The notes: generated from the letters alone by a model not told the origin. A DNA stretch of 64,000 nucleotides from an uncultured Alphaproteobacteria bacterium (GCA_963815955.1 CAWFIQ010000025.1:57020-121019), one strand, 5' to 3'. Counted from the stretch's first letter, positions 30,221 through 40,450 are shown. Program-made: numbers and translations.

Positions 30221-30537
30221 TCGCAGTCGTTCGTCCCAGGAGGCCGCTCCGGTTCACGCTGGCGGGCTTCCCTGGAGATCCGATCGCTGTCTCGAAAAAG
30301 GACGCCGCCGGTTCAAAATGCGTGCCCGGCGGCGCATTGGTTGCAAACTGGGCCACTCAAATCCCCAGCATCCAATCATCAGCAATGTCTGTGCCAAGCA
30401 ATTGGCTCCCAGCCTGGGGACCGAACCACTGGGCTCTCGCTCCAATGCGGCGGGCGTAGCTGAGGCAACCTGACCTGTCGCGAAGCGACCAAGGGTTCGG
30501 CTGGACGGTACTGCCTCCAGCCGAACCCATTATTTGC

Positions 30538-31274
30538 CTAGGCGTTCGCGCCACCGTCGACGGTCAGCGTCGAGCCGGTGATGTACCTGGCCTTGGCGCT
30601 CGCCAGGAACGCCACAGCGTTGGCGATGTCGTCCGCCGTGCCATACCGACCCAATGCCATGAACTGCCGGAGTGTCTCGGCGAACGGGCCGTTCGCCGGA
30701 TTCATGTCGGTGTCGATGGAGCCCGGCTGCACGAGGTTGACCGTGACCTCCTTGGGGCCGAGCTCCCGCGCCAACGCCTTCGTGAACGCGACCAGCGCCG
30801 ACTTCGATGCCGCGTACACGCCGAGGATCGATGCAGGTACGCGGTCAACGAAATAGCTTCCGATGGTGATAATGCGACCGCCCTTGGCAAGGTGGGCCAG
30901 GGCGGCTTTGCTTGCGATGATTTGCGCGCGCACGTTGACGTTCAGGAGCGCGTCGATGTCGGCGAGCGAGATGTCCTTGAGCTCGCCCACGCGAAGAATG
31001 CCTGCATTGTTGACGAGGATGTCAAGCCCGCCCAGCTCGGCGACCGTCTTGATCGATCGATGCCTGAACAGCGGCGGCGTCCGCGCTGTCAGCCCGGATC
31101 GCCACTGCTCTGCGCCCCTTTGCTTTTATGGCGCTGACGACCTCCGCGGCACTCTCCGCGGACTTCTCATAAGTGATCGCCACGTCAGCGCCTTCAGCGG
31201 CGAGCGCCTTTGCGATCGCCGCGCCAATACCTCTGCTTGCCCCTGTCACAAGAGCCCGTTTTCCTGTCAGCGTC
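30538..31274 (-). pseudogene. SDR (3-oxoacyl-ACP reductase-like) with a frameshift near 31052
   Basis: TGASRGIG in the first frame; NNAG and YAASK in the second; removing one base gives ASIDKTVAELGGLDILVNNAG. Confidence 0.88.
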
Positions 31275-31289
31275 ATTGTAATTTCCATT

Positions 31290-31366
31290 TCTGTAATGAT
31301 CGACACAAAATGTATCTAGCGCCTTGATCGATGGCTTCAACTCACTTATGTGTTATTCACTACAGA
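31290..31366. promoter_or_regulatory. Pair of inverted, imperfect TetR operators
   Basis: TCTGTAATGATCGACACA (31290-31307) and, on the other strand, TCTGTAGTGAATAACACA (31349-31366). Confidence 0.55.
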
Positions 31367-31375
31367 AAGACGGTA

Positions 31376-31981
31376 ATGGCAGTGATCGGACGGCCGAGGG
31401 AATTTGATCGCGACGCGGCGCTTGAGGCCGCCATGCTGCTGTTTTGGCGCAAGGGCTTTGCGGCGACCTCGATGAACGATCTATGCGACACGATGGGCGT
31501 TCGCTCGCCAAGTCTCTACGCGGCCTTTGGCAGCAAGGAGGCGCTTTATCTCGAAGCGGCCGAGCATTACGTTCGGACCCAGGGGCCCCGGCTCTGGGAC
31601 CAGCTTGCGGAAGGAGCGACCGCGCGTGCCAGCATTGAGAACCTGCTGATCGCGGGAGCCGGGCATCTGCCGAAATCCCGGTCGACACCGGCAGGCTGCA
31701 TGGCAATGCTGGGGGCCGTCGGCGATGAATGGCCGGCCGCGATCGTCCGCGTCGTCAAGAAGGTCCGGCTCGAAATGCTGGACAAGTTGCGCTCACGATT
31801 GGAAGGGGCGGTGGCCCAAGGCGAACTGCCTGCCTCGACGGATGTCGATGGCCTGAGCCGGTTCTATCTGGGCGTCCTCGAGGGAATGGCCATTCAGGCG
31901 CAAGACGGCGCCACCCAGGCGGAGTTGAGAGGCGTGGTCGCAGCAGCCATGGCTGCCTGGCCGCGCGACGGCCAGCGTTAG
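31376..31981 (+). CDS. TetR family regulator (ComR/YcfQ-like), divergent from the SDR
   Basis: GRPREFDRDAALEAAMLLFWRKG, SLYAAFGSKEAL. Confidence 0.92.
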   Translation: MAVIGRPREFDRDAALEAAMLLFWRKGFAATSMNDLCDTMGVRSPSLYAAFGSKEALYLEAAEHYVRTQGPRLWDQLAEGATARASIENLLIAGAGHLPKSRSTPAGCMAMLGAVGDEWPAAIVRVVKKVRLEMLDKLRSRLEGAVAQGELPASTDVDGLSRFYLGVLEGMAIQAQDGATQAELRGVVAAAMAAWPRDGQR

Positions 31982-32132
31982 CAAGTATCTTCGTTAGGCA
32001 GATCAGGTCTGCAAAGTGCGCGGGAGAAGGCATCGCCCCTTCCGCCTCCTCGCAAGTCAGGTGTAGTCTGTTCCCGCAGGGCGTTCAGATGGATTGCAAA
32101 TCCGCGACGTAGCGCACTGTGGAGGGAGCATC

Positions 32133-33110
32133 ATGAAATTTCCCCGCCGCACATTCTTGCAGCTGGCCATGGGTGCTGCTGCGTTGCCGGCCGTGCCCCG
32201 CATTTCGCGGGCGCAGGCCTATCCGTCTCGCCCGGTGCGTATCGTCGTCGGCTTTGCCGCCGGCGGGGCTACCGACATCCAGGCGCGCCTGATGGGTCAA
32301 TGGCTGTCGGATCGGCTCGGCCAGCAATTCATCGTTGAGAACCGCGCCGGCGCCAGCGGCAACATCGGGACCGAGGCGGTCGCCAAGGCGCCCGCGGACG
32401 GCTACACGCTGCTGCAGATTGTGACCCCGCATGCGATCAATGCCGCGCTCTACAGCAATCTCAATTTCGACTTCATGCGGGATATCGCGCCGGTTATCTG
32501 CGCCGCGCGGCTGGCATATGTCGTCGTGGTGCATCCGTCGGTCCCCGCCAGGACGATCCCTGAATTCATCGCCTACGCCAAGGCCAATCCGGGCAAGATC
32601 AACTACGGATCGGCCGGCCCCGGCACCCCGCAAAACATTGCGTGCGAACTCTTCAAGATGATGGCCGGGGTGGATCTGGTCCACGTCCCGTATCGCGGCG
32701 GCGCCCCTGCGGCCACCGATCTGGTCGGCGGCCAGATACAGGTTATTTTTGCTCCGGTGTCGGAGTCGATCCAGCACATCCAGGCCGGCAAGCTGCGCGC
32801 CCTGGCGGTAACGACCGCGGCCCGTCTGGACGTGTTGCCGGACATTCCAACGGTGGCAGAGTTCGTGCCTGGTTATGAGGCCAGCGGTTTTGCGGGTATC
32901 GGCGCGCCCCGAAATACCCCGGTCGAAATCATCGATATGTTGAACAAGGAGCTCAATGCCGGCCTTGCCGATGCCAAGGTCAAATCCCGGATCGTCGAGT
33001 TGGGCGGCACAGTGGCCGGGGGCTCGCCTGCGGAATTCGGGACGATCCTCTCGGAGGCAACCGACAAGTGGGCGAGGGTGATCAAGGTCGCGGGCATCAA
33101 GGTTGAATAG
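32133..33110 (+). CDS. Bug/TctC substrate-binding protein
   Basis: MKFPRRTFLQLA leader, YPSRPVRIVVGFAAGGATDI. Confidence 0.93.
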   Translation: MKFPRRTFLQLAMGAAALPAVPRISRAQAYPSRPVRIVVGFAAGGATDIQARLMGQWLSDRLGQQFIVENRAGASGNIGTEAVAKAPADGYTLLQIVTPHAINAALYSNLNFDFMRDIAPVICAARLAYVVVVHPSVPARTIPEFIAYAKANPGKINYGSAGPGTPQNIACELFKMMAGVDLVHVPYRGGAPAATDLVGGQIQVIFAPVSESIQHIQAGKLRALAVTTAARLDVLPDIPTVAEFVPGYEASGFAGIGAPRNTPVEIIDMLNKELNAGLADAKVKSRIVELGGTVAGGSPAEFGTILSEATDKWARVIKVAGIKVE

Positions 33111-33278
33111 GGCCGGTCGCACTGGATTCCAGATTATCCGTTTCGCTTGATTTCAAAGGCTGTCCGGATCAGGCACGGCTTCCGCTATAGCGTCTGGGCG
33201 CGTTCCAAAAATGGAACCAAAAGTAGTCGACGCGATTGGAATCAAGTTTCGACCCAACAACCCAATGAAGGAGGACGA

Positions 33279-33719
33279 ATGTCTCGTACACCTGTAGGCG
33301 CCGTCTTGCTGGCCGCGATTGCGCTGGTGTGGCCGCTAGAAGATCTCGCGATGCTCTCTTCGGCCAACGCGGCGGTTGCGACCGACTTTAGCGCCCAGGC
33401 TCGGCGCGGTCAGCGACCGGGTGCCCAGCGACCTCCCGGCGCGCATCGTCCTCGCCCTCCGGCTGCTCGTCCGCCCGGCGCGCATCGTCCCCGTCCGCCG
33501 GGTGCTCACCGGCCGGGGGTCCATCGGCCGCCCCGTGGTCATTGGGCTCGTCCCCCGCGCTACACATGGCGTCCGGGTGGCGCGATTGCGGCTGGCGCCG
33601 CGCTCGGTTTCCTGGCGGCAGGTGCTGCGGCGTGGGCCGGTCCTCCACCGAGAGCAGGTCTGTGCTGGTATTACACAGATTGGACGCAGCGGTCGGGCTT
33701 CTGGGATATCTGCCCGTAG
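33279..33719 (+). CDS. Secreted Pro/Arg-rich repeat protein with a Cys/Trp C-terminal motif
   Basis: Signal peptide, PGAHRPRPP-type repeats, C-terminus CWYYTDWTQRSGFWDICP; GGAAC-N16-GATT at 33213-33237. Confidence 0.75.
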   Translation: MSRTPVGAVLLAAIALVWPLEDLAMLSSANAAVATDFSAQARRGQRPGAQRPPGAHRPRPPAARPPGAHRPRPPGAHRPGVHRPPRGHWARPPRYTWRPGGAIAAGAALGFLAAGAAAWAGPPPRAGLCWYYTDWTQRSGFWDICP

Positions 33720-33743
33720 GCCTGACCCGGCGATTGAAAACAG

Positions 33744-33770
33744 AATGGCGCGGTCTCCCGCGCCATTTTG
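33744..33770 (+). terminator. Rho-independent terminator
   Basis: AATGGCGCGG-tctc-CCGCGCCATT followed by TTG. Confidence 0.75.
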
Positions 33771-34106
33771 CATTTCGACTGCTGTACTCGTCAGTGCAAG
33801 CCGTGTGGTCGATATTGTGCGAAAGCTTGTGGTCGATGACCTTGCGAGTGAAAGGCTAAGCTGGAGATGCAAGGGGCGCGGTGTGATCCGATGCCTCACC
33901 TCAATCAGCGCCCAAGATGGTGAGGGAGAGATCAGTGCACAAAGACGTAGCTCAATGGTTCGGTCGCCTATGTCACCATACCCAAAGCGATTTTGCAGTC
34001 GGGCGTTGGCAGCAGGTCAGAGCGTTGGGGGCAGGCGTTAGGGCCGTCGATTACCCAGCTAAACCAAAGTCAAAAATCTCAAGGGTTTAAGGCAAGCATA
34101 CGAGTT

Positions 34107-34135
34107 TGGCTGGGGTTCTTGGATACGTATCGAAC
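34107..34135 (-). mobile_element. Degenerate att-like relic of a tRNA 3' end
   Basis: TGGCTGGGGTTCTTGGAT...TCGAAC aligns with the cleaner copy at 36626 in the same orientation. Confidence 0.5.
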
Positions 34136-34285
34136 TTTGTGTATTGTACCAAATCGAGAGATTCAATCCATTTACGAAGAGCTTAGACGCAGTGCGCCTG
34201 GCAAAGAGCTAGGTGTGGCTTGCGCCCCCAAGTTGCGATACATTGAACCGCGTTGAAGGCGCCAGAACTACCATCGGTAGAAACC

Positions 34286-36359
34286 ATGACCCGCAATGTA
34301 CTGGCGGTCACAACCCTTTTTCCCTCTACTTATTTGCTGGCCTCGCTTGTCATGTCGGCATTTTGCCTCGAATTCGGATGCCTCAATTTTGCATTGTGCC
34401 AAGAGCGGTACGATGACGCCAAGACTGCAGAAGGTTGGTCGTGGCCCCAGATCAAGCAGGGAAACGTCCTCGACTTCAACGAGCACTGTGGAACCGATCC
34501 GGCGCTCGACCCCCAGAAAGTGGAGGATGCGAAGTGGAAGGACGATTGCCGGAAGCTTTCAAGCCGATTTCTGATGAAGGTTCTGACGGAGTCCAAATGG
34601 GAAGCGATGATTTCCCGCCGTTGGACTTCAGATTAAAGGAGCCCGAATTGTTGGGAACCTCAATGTTGAAGCGGTGAAACTAGGCCGTCCAATCCAGATT
34701 GTCGGTAGTCAGTTCGATGGCGCCATTAATCTGAGCCGCGCGCGAACAGATAACTTGATCTTGATCTCCAATTCGCTGGTGAAGGGAGATTTTGACGCCA
34801 ATGGATTCCGAAGTGAGGGCGATTTGCTTCTGCGAAATGGCTCTGTATTCAAAGGGGCTGTTAGCCTGAATCGTGCAAAGGTGCAGGGCGATATTGACAT
34901 GACCAGCGCGAATCTCGGGCATAAGCTCCAAGCCGAATCCCTTTTCGTTGGTGGCAGCTTCATCCTATCATTCGCGAGACTTAAGGACGTATATTTGTAT
35001 GCCGCTTCGGTCACGAAAAATATCAATATGACCGGCGCTAGTTCTGACGGTTCCTTGAACTTGTCTGGCATGCAGGTTGGCGGTCACATATTCTTGCGAT
35101 CCCAGGACAAACAAAAAGCTACCTTCAAAAATGTGACTTTACGTGGGGCAAAAGTGGCGGCGCACGTCGACCTGAGCGGCGCTATGTTCGGCGAGACACT
35201 TGATGCCGATGGATTGGAAGTGGGGGGCAATTTCTTTGCGCGATCCGATACGGGCAACAAGGCTAGCTTTAATGATGTGGTGTTGAACGGAGCAAGGATT
35301 GCGGGGCAGCTTGGCATGATGGGCGTTAGTGTCGAGGGTACCTTGAGCGCGAACTCCCTGGAGGTCGGCAAACTTCTGACGTTCGGAGCGGATGATGAGA
35401 ACGAGGCGAGTTTTCTTAAGGGTGTAGATTTGACCGACGCAAGGATCAAAGGACCACTCGTGCTGTCCCGGGCTATTTTCGATGGCGAGTTGGACGCCCC
35501 CTATTTGCAATTGGACGGTTTTCTCGCCGTAAATGATGTGAAGTTTTCAAAATCGGTCAGGCTGGCCGATGCGCGGATAGGCCGCGGTGTTGTTCTCCAT
35601 AATGTCACGGCAGCCGAGCTGAATCTTTCCGGCGCGTCGATTGCCGGAGGTCTGCAACTTCGCGAAACACGGGGCAGAGCTGACCCGTCGATCGGTAGAT
35701 TGGACCTGCGCAACACCCACGTCAGCAACTTAGTGGATGACAAGCTTGCTTGGCCAGCTAAGGGACAGCTTCATCTGGGCGGATTCACTTTCAATCGGCT
35801 CGGCGGCAATAAAGATGAGGCCGCTGACATGCGCTTACGTGGGGTGGATTGGTGGGACGATTGGGTAAGGCTTGATCCTACTTACAGCCCGAGTCCATAC
35901 GCTCAACTCGCGGCCGCGTTTACAGGTCAGGGCGATCGCGAGTTAGGAAGTCAGATTCGGTTCCGCGGCCGCGTGCGAGAACGTGAGGAGGCAACTGGGC
36001 TGACATACATGTGGTCTGGTGCGCTTCAGTACGTCGTAGGCTACGGCATTGGCAGCTACACATTTCGGGTTCTCTATTGGGTCCTCGGAATTTCCTTAGT
36101 CGGTGCTTTGTATCTGAGAGGATTTGTGAGAGGGGTGCACACGAGCGGTCATGGGATCATCTGGTGCTTTGGTGCAAGCCTAGCGCGTCTGCTGCCGGTG
36201 ATCGAGATCAATAAAGAATTCACCGAGTTCTTTAACGATCCCAATCGCGAGCGTCTGACCGATATTCAAGCATTTGTTTTCTCTTTGATCGCAATCATCG
36301 GATGGGTGCTGAGCGCGATCCTTGTCGCCGCTGTCGCTGGCCTAACCCAAAGCTCTTGA
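34286..36359 (+). pseudogene. Large repeat (beta-helix-like) protein with a C-terminal membrane module; +1 frameshift at 34621-34622
   Basis: Removing one T joins 34286-34620 to 34674-36359 via RRGLQIKGARIVGNLNVEAVKLG; repeated L(S/N/D)GA-x-(I/V)-x-G units; C-terminal GYG and hydrophobic helices. Confidence 0.75.
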
Positions 36360-36625
36360 CGGAGGGTCCAGCGCTACGATCATCGTTTGCCGGATCGACA
36401 CAATGGTGAATTCGAATGTGCAATGGAGCCGAGCGGAACGCCCCGCAAGACGCGAGTGCACTGCTTGCTCGCCGATTGTTGAGTTCATCAATGCGTAAAG
36501 GTAGGAAGCAAAGCTGTGTTCGAACGGAGAGGGCCACGAACAGGATTCGAACTCAAAGCAGATCGATAAGTCTACGCCACCTGCCACCGGTTAGTTAAGT
36601 ATTTGTTTAAGAACAGCAATTTTTC

Positions 36626-36651
36626 TGGCTGGGGAACTAGGATTCCCAACC
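36626..36651 (-). mobile_element. att site: duplicated 3' end of a tRNA (tRNA-Gln-like)
   Basis: Reverse complement GGTTGGGAATCCTAGTTCCCCAGCCA = near-canonical T-loop (GGTTCGAATCC), acceptor arm and CCA; Gln identity recalled from memory. Confidence 0.75.
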
Positions 36652-36961
36652 ACACACGAAAGCACTGCCAAGATGCTGATATAGCGATCGTTTTTCCGGC
36701 AAACGACGGAATTGTTCGGACATCTTGGACCACATTCTCGGACCCCGCAAGCGGCGCTGCGTCGTTGACCGGCTTCGACCCGGCGCCCGCCAGAGACGTG
36801 ATCGAGGCGGGCAAGCGAGCCGCCGGGGAACGCCTTCTGGCGGCTCGCCTAGCGACGGCGATCGCCACCCCTGAATACCCTCTGGCGATTTGCAGCCGTG
36901 CCGGCGACTATGCGGAGCCGGCGGGAGGTCCCTTATACGTCGGGCGAGTGAGAGCGCGATC

Positions 36962-38440
36962 ATGCCTGGTCATTGCCGCATCAATGGGTTCGTCCTGCAG
37001 CGTTCCAAGCGGCAGTCGGCAATCATGCAGCTGGGGTATCAGATGTGCACCTACGCCGCTGATGAGTGGTCGCACGCTGACTATTCGCGGTTCGCCAGCG
37101 ATCACCTGGGAGGGGTGATCTTGTTGCCGGAAGGGGCGAACTCAAGGTTCGCCGACGAGGGCGATTTTATCATGGCGACGTGTTTCAGGGAGGAACGCAA
37201 AGACGCCCAAGAGGGAAGGGTGATCACCTTTTCGCTTCCGCGAGAGCTACCAGATCAACTCTTGTTACCTGTCTCCGCCTTCGCGATTGCCCATTTTGTC
37301 GAGCAGGGCATGGCCGCCCGCCTGGACGTCGAATGTCCATTGGCGTCGGACGGTGAACGACATCCGCACGCGCACTGCTACCTGGCCCAGCGCGTCTTGG
37401 AGGAAGACGGTTACGGAAGAAAAGCGAGGGAATGGAATGCACAATTTCGGTCGAGCGCGGGGCGCGACTACCGGGCGATCATCGGCGCACGCATAACCAT
37501 TGCCTGCGCACTTCTGGGCATTGCGGCGTTCGCGGATCCCAGGAAAAACGAGGAAAAGGGTCTTGGTGAGCCTGAGGAGCGATATTCGAAGAAGTCATGG
37601 CGCATGTCAGAGAAGGGCTATGTGGCGGAAATCGAAAAATTGAAGACTAAACGCCGGGAACGGAAATCGATGGAGACGATTTCACTCGCGCCCATGCCGG
37701 CCACTGGCCCGTTGGCCATCAAAAGCGCCGTTTCGAGCCGGCCTCCCATGAGCGACTGGAAACGCAACCAGTGCATGAATTCGGTCATTCAGCTGGTGGA
37801 TGAAATAGGGGTCGATGCGCGAGGGACCGGCGGAGCCAACGGCGAAATCGAGCTCATCACGCCCGACGGACCGGTGATTTTCGATGGTGAGACGTTCACG
37901 ATCGCCGACAGCGTCGGGCCTCTGCCGGCAAGATTAGTCGTAAAATTGGCGAAACAGCTCGGCTGGCCGGCCCTCGTGGTCGAAGGAAATTCAAAATCGG
38001 CCGACGAAATCATCCTCGCCGGAATCTCCTTAGGAATCATTCCATTCAACACCTGCGCGAGCGATCACTCACTTTCGCTGATTAAGGAGAAATATGGTTA
38101 CTGGCTTGCAGCGGTAATTGATCCGCTCGATCCTCTTTCCGTTGTCGACACCGCATCCCTCATCGAAACGGCTTCTATCTTGGACCCTGTTTCTACTTTG
38201 GACTTTTCGATTCCGGAGACGGAGACGATTGTCGACACTGCGCCCTCAATTGTGGATTGGGATGTCGAGGATTTCCCCGAGGCGCCAAAACCTTCAGCAG
38301 GAGACGAAGAACAAAGTCGAGCGGAAGCTGCCGAGCTTGCGGCTAGGTTTTTTGCCCGCCAGGAGGAGGGTATCCAACGCTATCGTTTGCGCGGGATGCG
38401 CGACAACGGCGGACCGCCCGGGGAAAATAAAACCCCATAA
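36962..38440 (+). CDS. MobA/MobL (MOBQ) family relaxase, divergent
   Basis: QRSKRQSAIMQLGY (motif I), RKDAQEGRVITFSLPREL, HPHAHCYLAQR, RKAREWN. Confidence 0.75.
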   Translation: MPGHCRINGFVLQRSKRQSAIMQLGYQMCTYAADEWSHADYSRFASDHLGGVILLPEGANSRFADEGDFIMATCFREERKDAQEGRVITFSLPRELPDQLLLPVSAFAIAHFVEQGMAARLDVECPLASDGERHPHAHCYLAQRVLEEDGYGRKAREWNAQFRSSAGRDYRAIIGARITIACALLGIAAFADPRKNEEKGLGEPEERYSKKSWRMSEKGYVAEIEKLKTKRRERKSMETISLAPMPATGPLAIKSAVSSRPPMSDWKRNQCMNSVIQLVDEIGVDARGTGGANGEIELITPDGPVIFDGETFTIADSVGPLPARLVVKLAKQLGWPALVVEGNSKSADEIILAGISLGIIPFNTCASDHSLSLIKEKYGYWLAAVIDPLDPLSVVDTASLIETASILDPVSTLDFSIPETETIVDTAPSIVDWDVEDFPEAPKPSAGDEEQSRAEAAELAARFFARQEEGIQRYRLRGMRDNGGPPGENKTP

Positions 38441-38651
38441 CGTAGTATTTCGAATTTTGTTCGAGAGTTTCTAATTGAGGCGTTGGGAGATTTTATTTCG
38501 TCAACAGCGGGGCGCGGTAAACAATGCGACGCCGCTAATTTCGGCGGAAAGGAGCCAGCGCTCTATTTGCTACCAAACTTCTGTTCACTCCGAGCAACCC
38601 TATGCTCAACTGCGGAAGTGCCAACAGGCACTAACCGAAGGGAGCAGACGA

Positions 38652-38947
38652 ATGTCACAGACCTACTTGGAGAGCGTAAGTCAGGCCGCAGAGCGGCTTG
38701 AGGCGGCAAAAGCCGCTTTGCCTCGTGATTTGGCCAGGCAGCTGACGCGGCGGGTTGGGGGCAGTTTCTGCGCGATAGATATGACGTTTTGGAACTCATT
38801 CAGCGGATTGGCGAGCAACTCGGCGACAACTCCTTTCTTGCGGAGCTGCATGCTGCAGCCGATAAAGTCAGGAACCTTCAACCCAAGGTCGGACGTCCCG
38901 CAAAGGTCATATTAGCCGGCAGGAAAGACGACGAACTCTCCGCCTAA
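38652..38947 (+). pseudogene. About 98-aa helical protein (possible TraC/MobC-like accessory), frameshift near 38744
   Basis: GGAG RBS; MSQTYLESV...RQL continues as DAAGWGQFLRDRY...DELSA in a shifted frame. Confidence 0.45.
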
Positions 38948-39479
38948 CAAAATGGCGGCATGCGAGGGATGGGGCACCGCGAACTCCTAACACGACGTAG
39001 GACATTTCCACTTTTCTCACACATCTGATCGCCCAATTTTAGCAATCGCCTGATAAGTTGGCATAACTCCACCCCGGATATTGAAATGGTGTACGACAAG
39101 CCGAAGCAGATCGCGAACCGTCCAAAAAGGAAAAAACGCTCGTTCGTTCTGCGTGCGCCGCACTCCCCGCCAAATCGGAGCCACTCCCTTGGTCCAAATG
39201 TACACGTTTGGCCAAAAGGCAATCAAATTTATCCCAGTTGAAGTGACGTTCGACGCTGCTCATCAAGGTCTCGACGCGTGCCGCACTTGCGGAATGCATC
39301 TAGAATCTGGCGGTTTCGAGTAGCTCAAGCCTTAGGAGCGGACTGGTCACGTGACCGGGCACGGTCGGAAAGCGTATGGATCGCGGTCGCCTCGGGACCA
39401 CCGTCTTGGGATATGTCTGTGCTCCCTGATGCTCTTCGACATGTCGGAACCAAATCAATACAGAGCGTATTAAGACTTC

Positions 39480-40124
39480 ATGCCCAATACGTACCATCCA
39501 GCCTTTCGAGTTGGGAGGCTTGTCGTTCTTGCGCTCGCAGCAACGGTGGGGCTTGCCTCACCAGGCAATGCCGATTTAGTTTCTAAGAACCCTGCGCTGA
39601 AAAAGCCCGCCGAGTTCTCGTCGATCTCGAGCTCGGCTGAGCGCTCGCAGATGATCTTCGACGAAATTGGGAAAGTGCTTACCCATCCACGCTGCATGAA
39701 TTGCCACCCGACTGGCGATCATCCATTGCAGGGTGACGACCATCACGAGCACATGCCACCTGTGTAGCGCGCAGAGACTGGACATTTCGAGGCGAACTGC
39801 TCCGGCTGCCATACCGGAAAGAACGTCAGGCTTCGCGAGGCGGCTACCTATCAAAGTATTCCCGGTCATCCACGATGGGGCTTTGCGCCATTGTCCATGG
39901 TCTGGGAAGGCAAATCATTGGGCGAGATCTGTCGCCAACTGAAGGATGTCCAACTCTACGGCGGTCGCGACCTTGCCGGGCTGCAGGAGCATATTGCCAA
40001 GGACGATCTCGTGGCCTGGGCATGGAATCCGGGGGAGGGTCGCAAGCCCGCTCCGGGCAGCCAGGAAGCTGCGGGAAAGTTGGTGCAGGACCTGGATCGA
40101 CAGCGGAGCGGAGTGCCCCCACTA
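39480..40124 (+). pseudogene. Di-heme cytochrome c (isoquinoline 1-oxidoreductase-associated type)
   Basis: Signal peptide, CMNCH and CSGCH; in-frame TAG at 39765-39767; frameshift at about 40091. Confidence 0.78.
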
Positions 40125-40246
40125 GTCACATTGAGCCTTCTGCAATCCAGCGATTGAACCGGTGTCTGAACAGGTGGCTGGCTGGCTGACGCATTCGAAG
40201 ATCAAATAGATCGGACGATTCTGGTCGGAAATCCCAAGGAGCAAAC

Positions 40247-40450
40247 ATGGCTAAGAAGGCGAAGAAGAGATCTATTACGACGACCGCCAAAAGCCTGGCA
40301 AAGAATTTTGGCAAGCTGGCTGTTGACGTGCAGCGCGCTGCTCTAAGGGAAATGGTTGCCGTTTACGAGAGAGCCGCCTCCGCAACCACAAAGGCGAAGA
40401 AAGCAAGGAAGACGAAGAAGGCGAGAAAAGCCACCAAAAAGCGGAAGTAA
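40247..40450 (+). CDS. Small Lys/Ala-rich basic (histone-like) protein
   Basis: 24 of 67 residues K/R, 3 acidic; GGAG RBS. Confidence 0.65.
   Translation: MAKKAKKRSITTTAKSLAKNFGKLAVDVQRAALREMVAVYERAASATTKAKKARKTKKARKATKKRK

Noticed and set aside
36525-36552. Third att relic (tRNA-Ser-like CGGAGAGGG...GGATTCGAAC)
   Set aside because: Needs an insertion of about 8 nt to align; too short to separate from chance
38950-39470. oriT for the relaxase
   Set aside because: Only partial GTGCGCC/CGCACT matches; no convincing TAAGTGCGCCCT nic site with an inverted repeat
39765-39767. Pyrrolysine or programmed readthrough at the in-frame TAG
   Set aside because: No pyl genes seen; TGG->TAG is a simple change, and the gene has a second lesion
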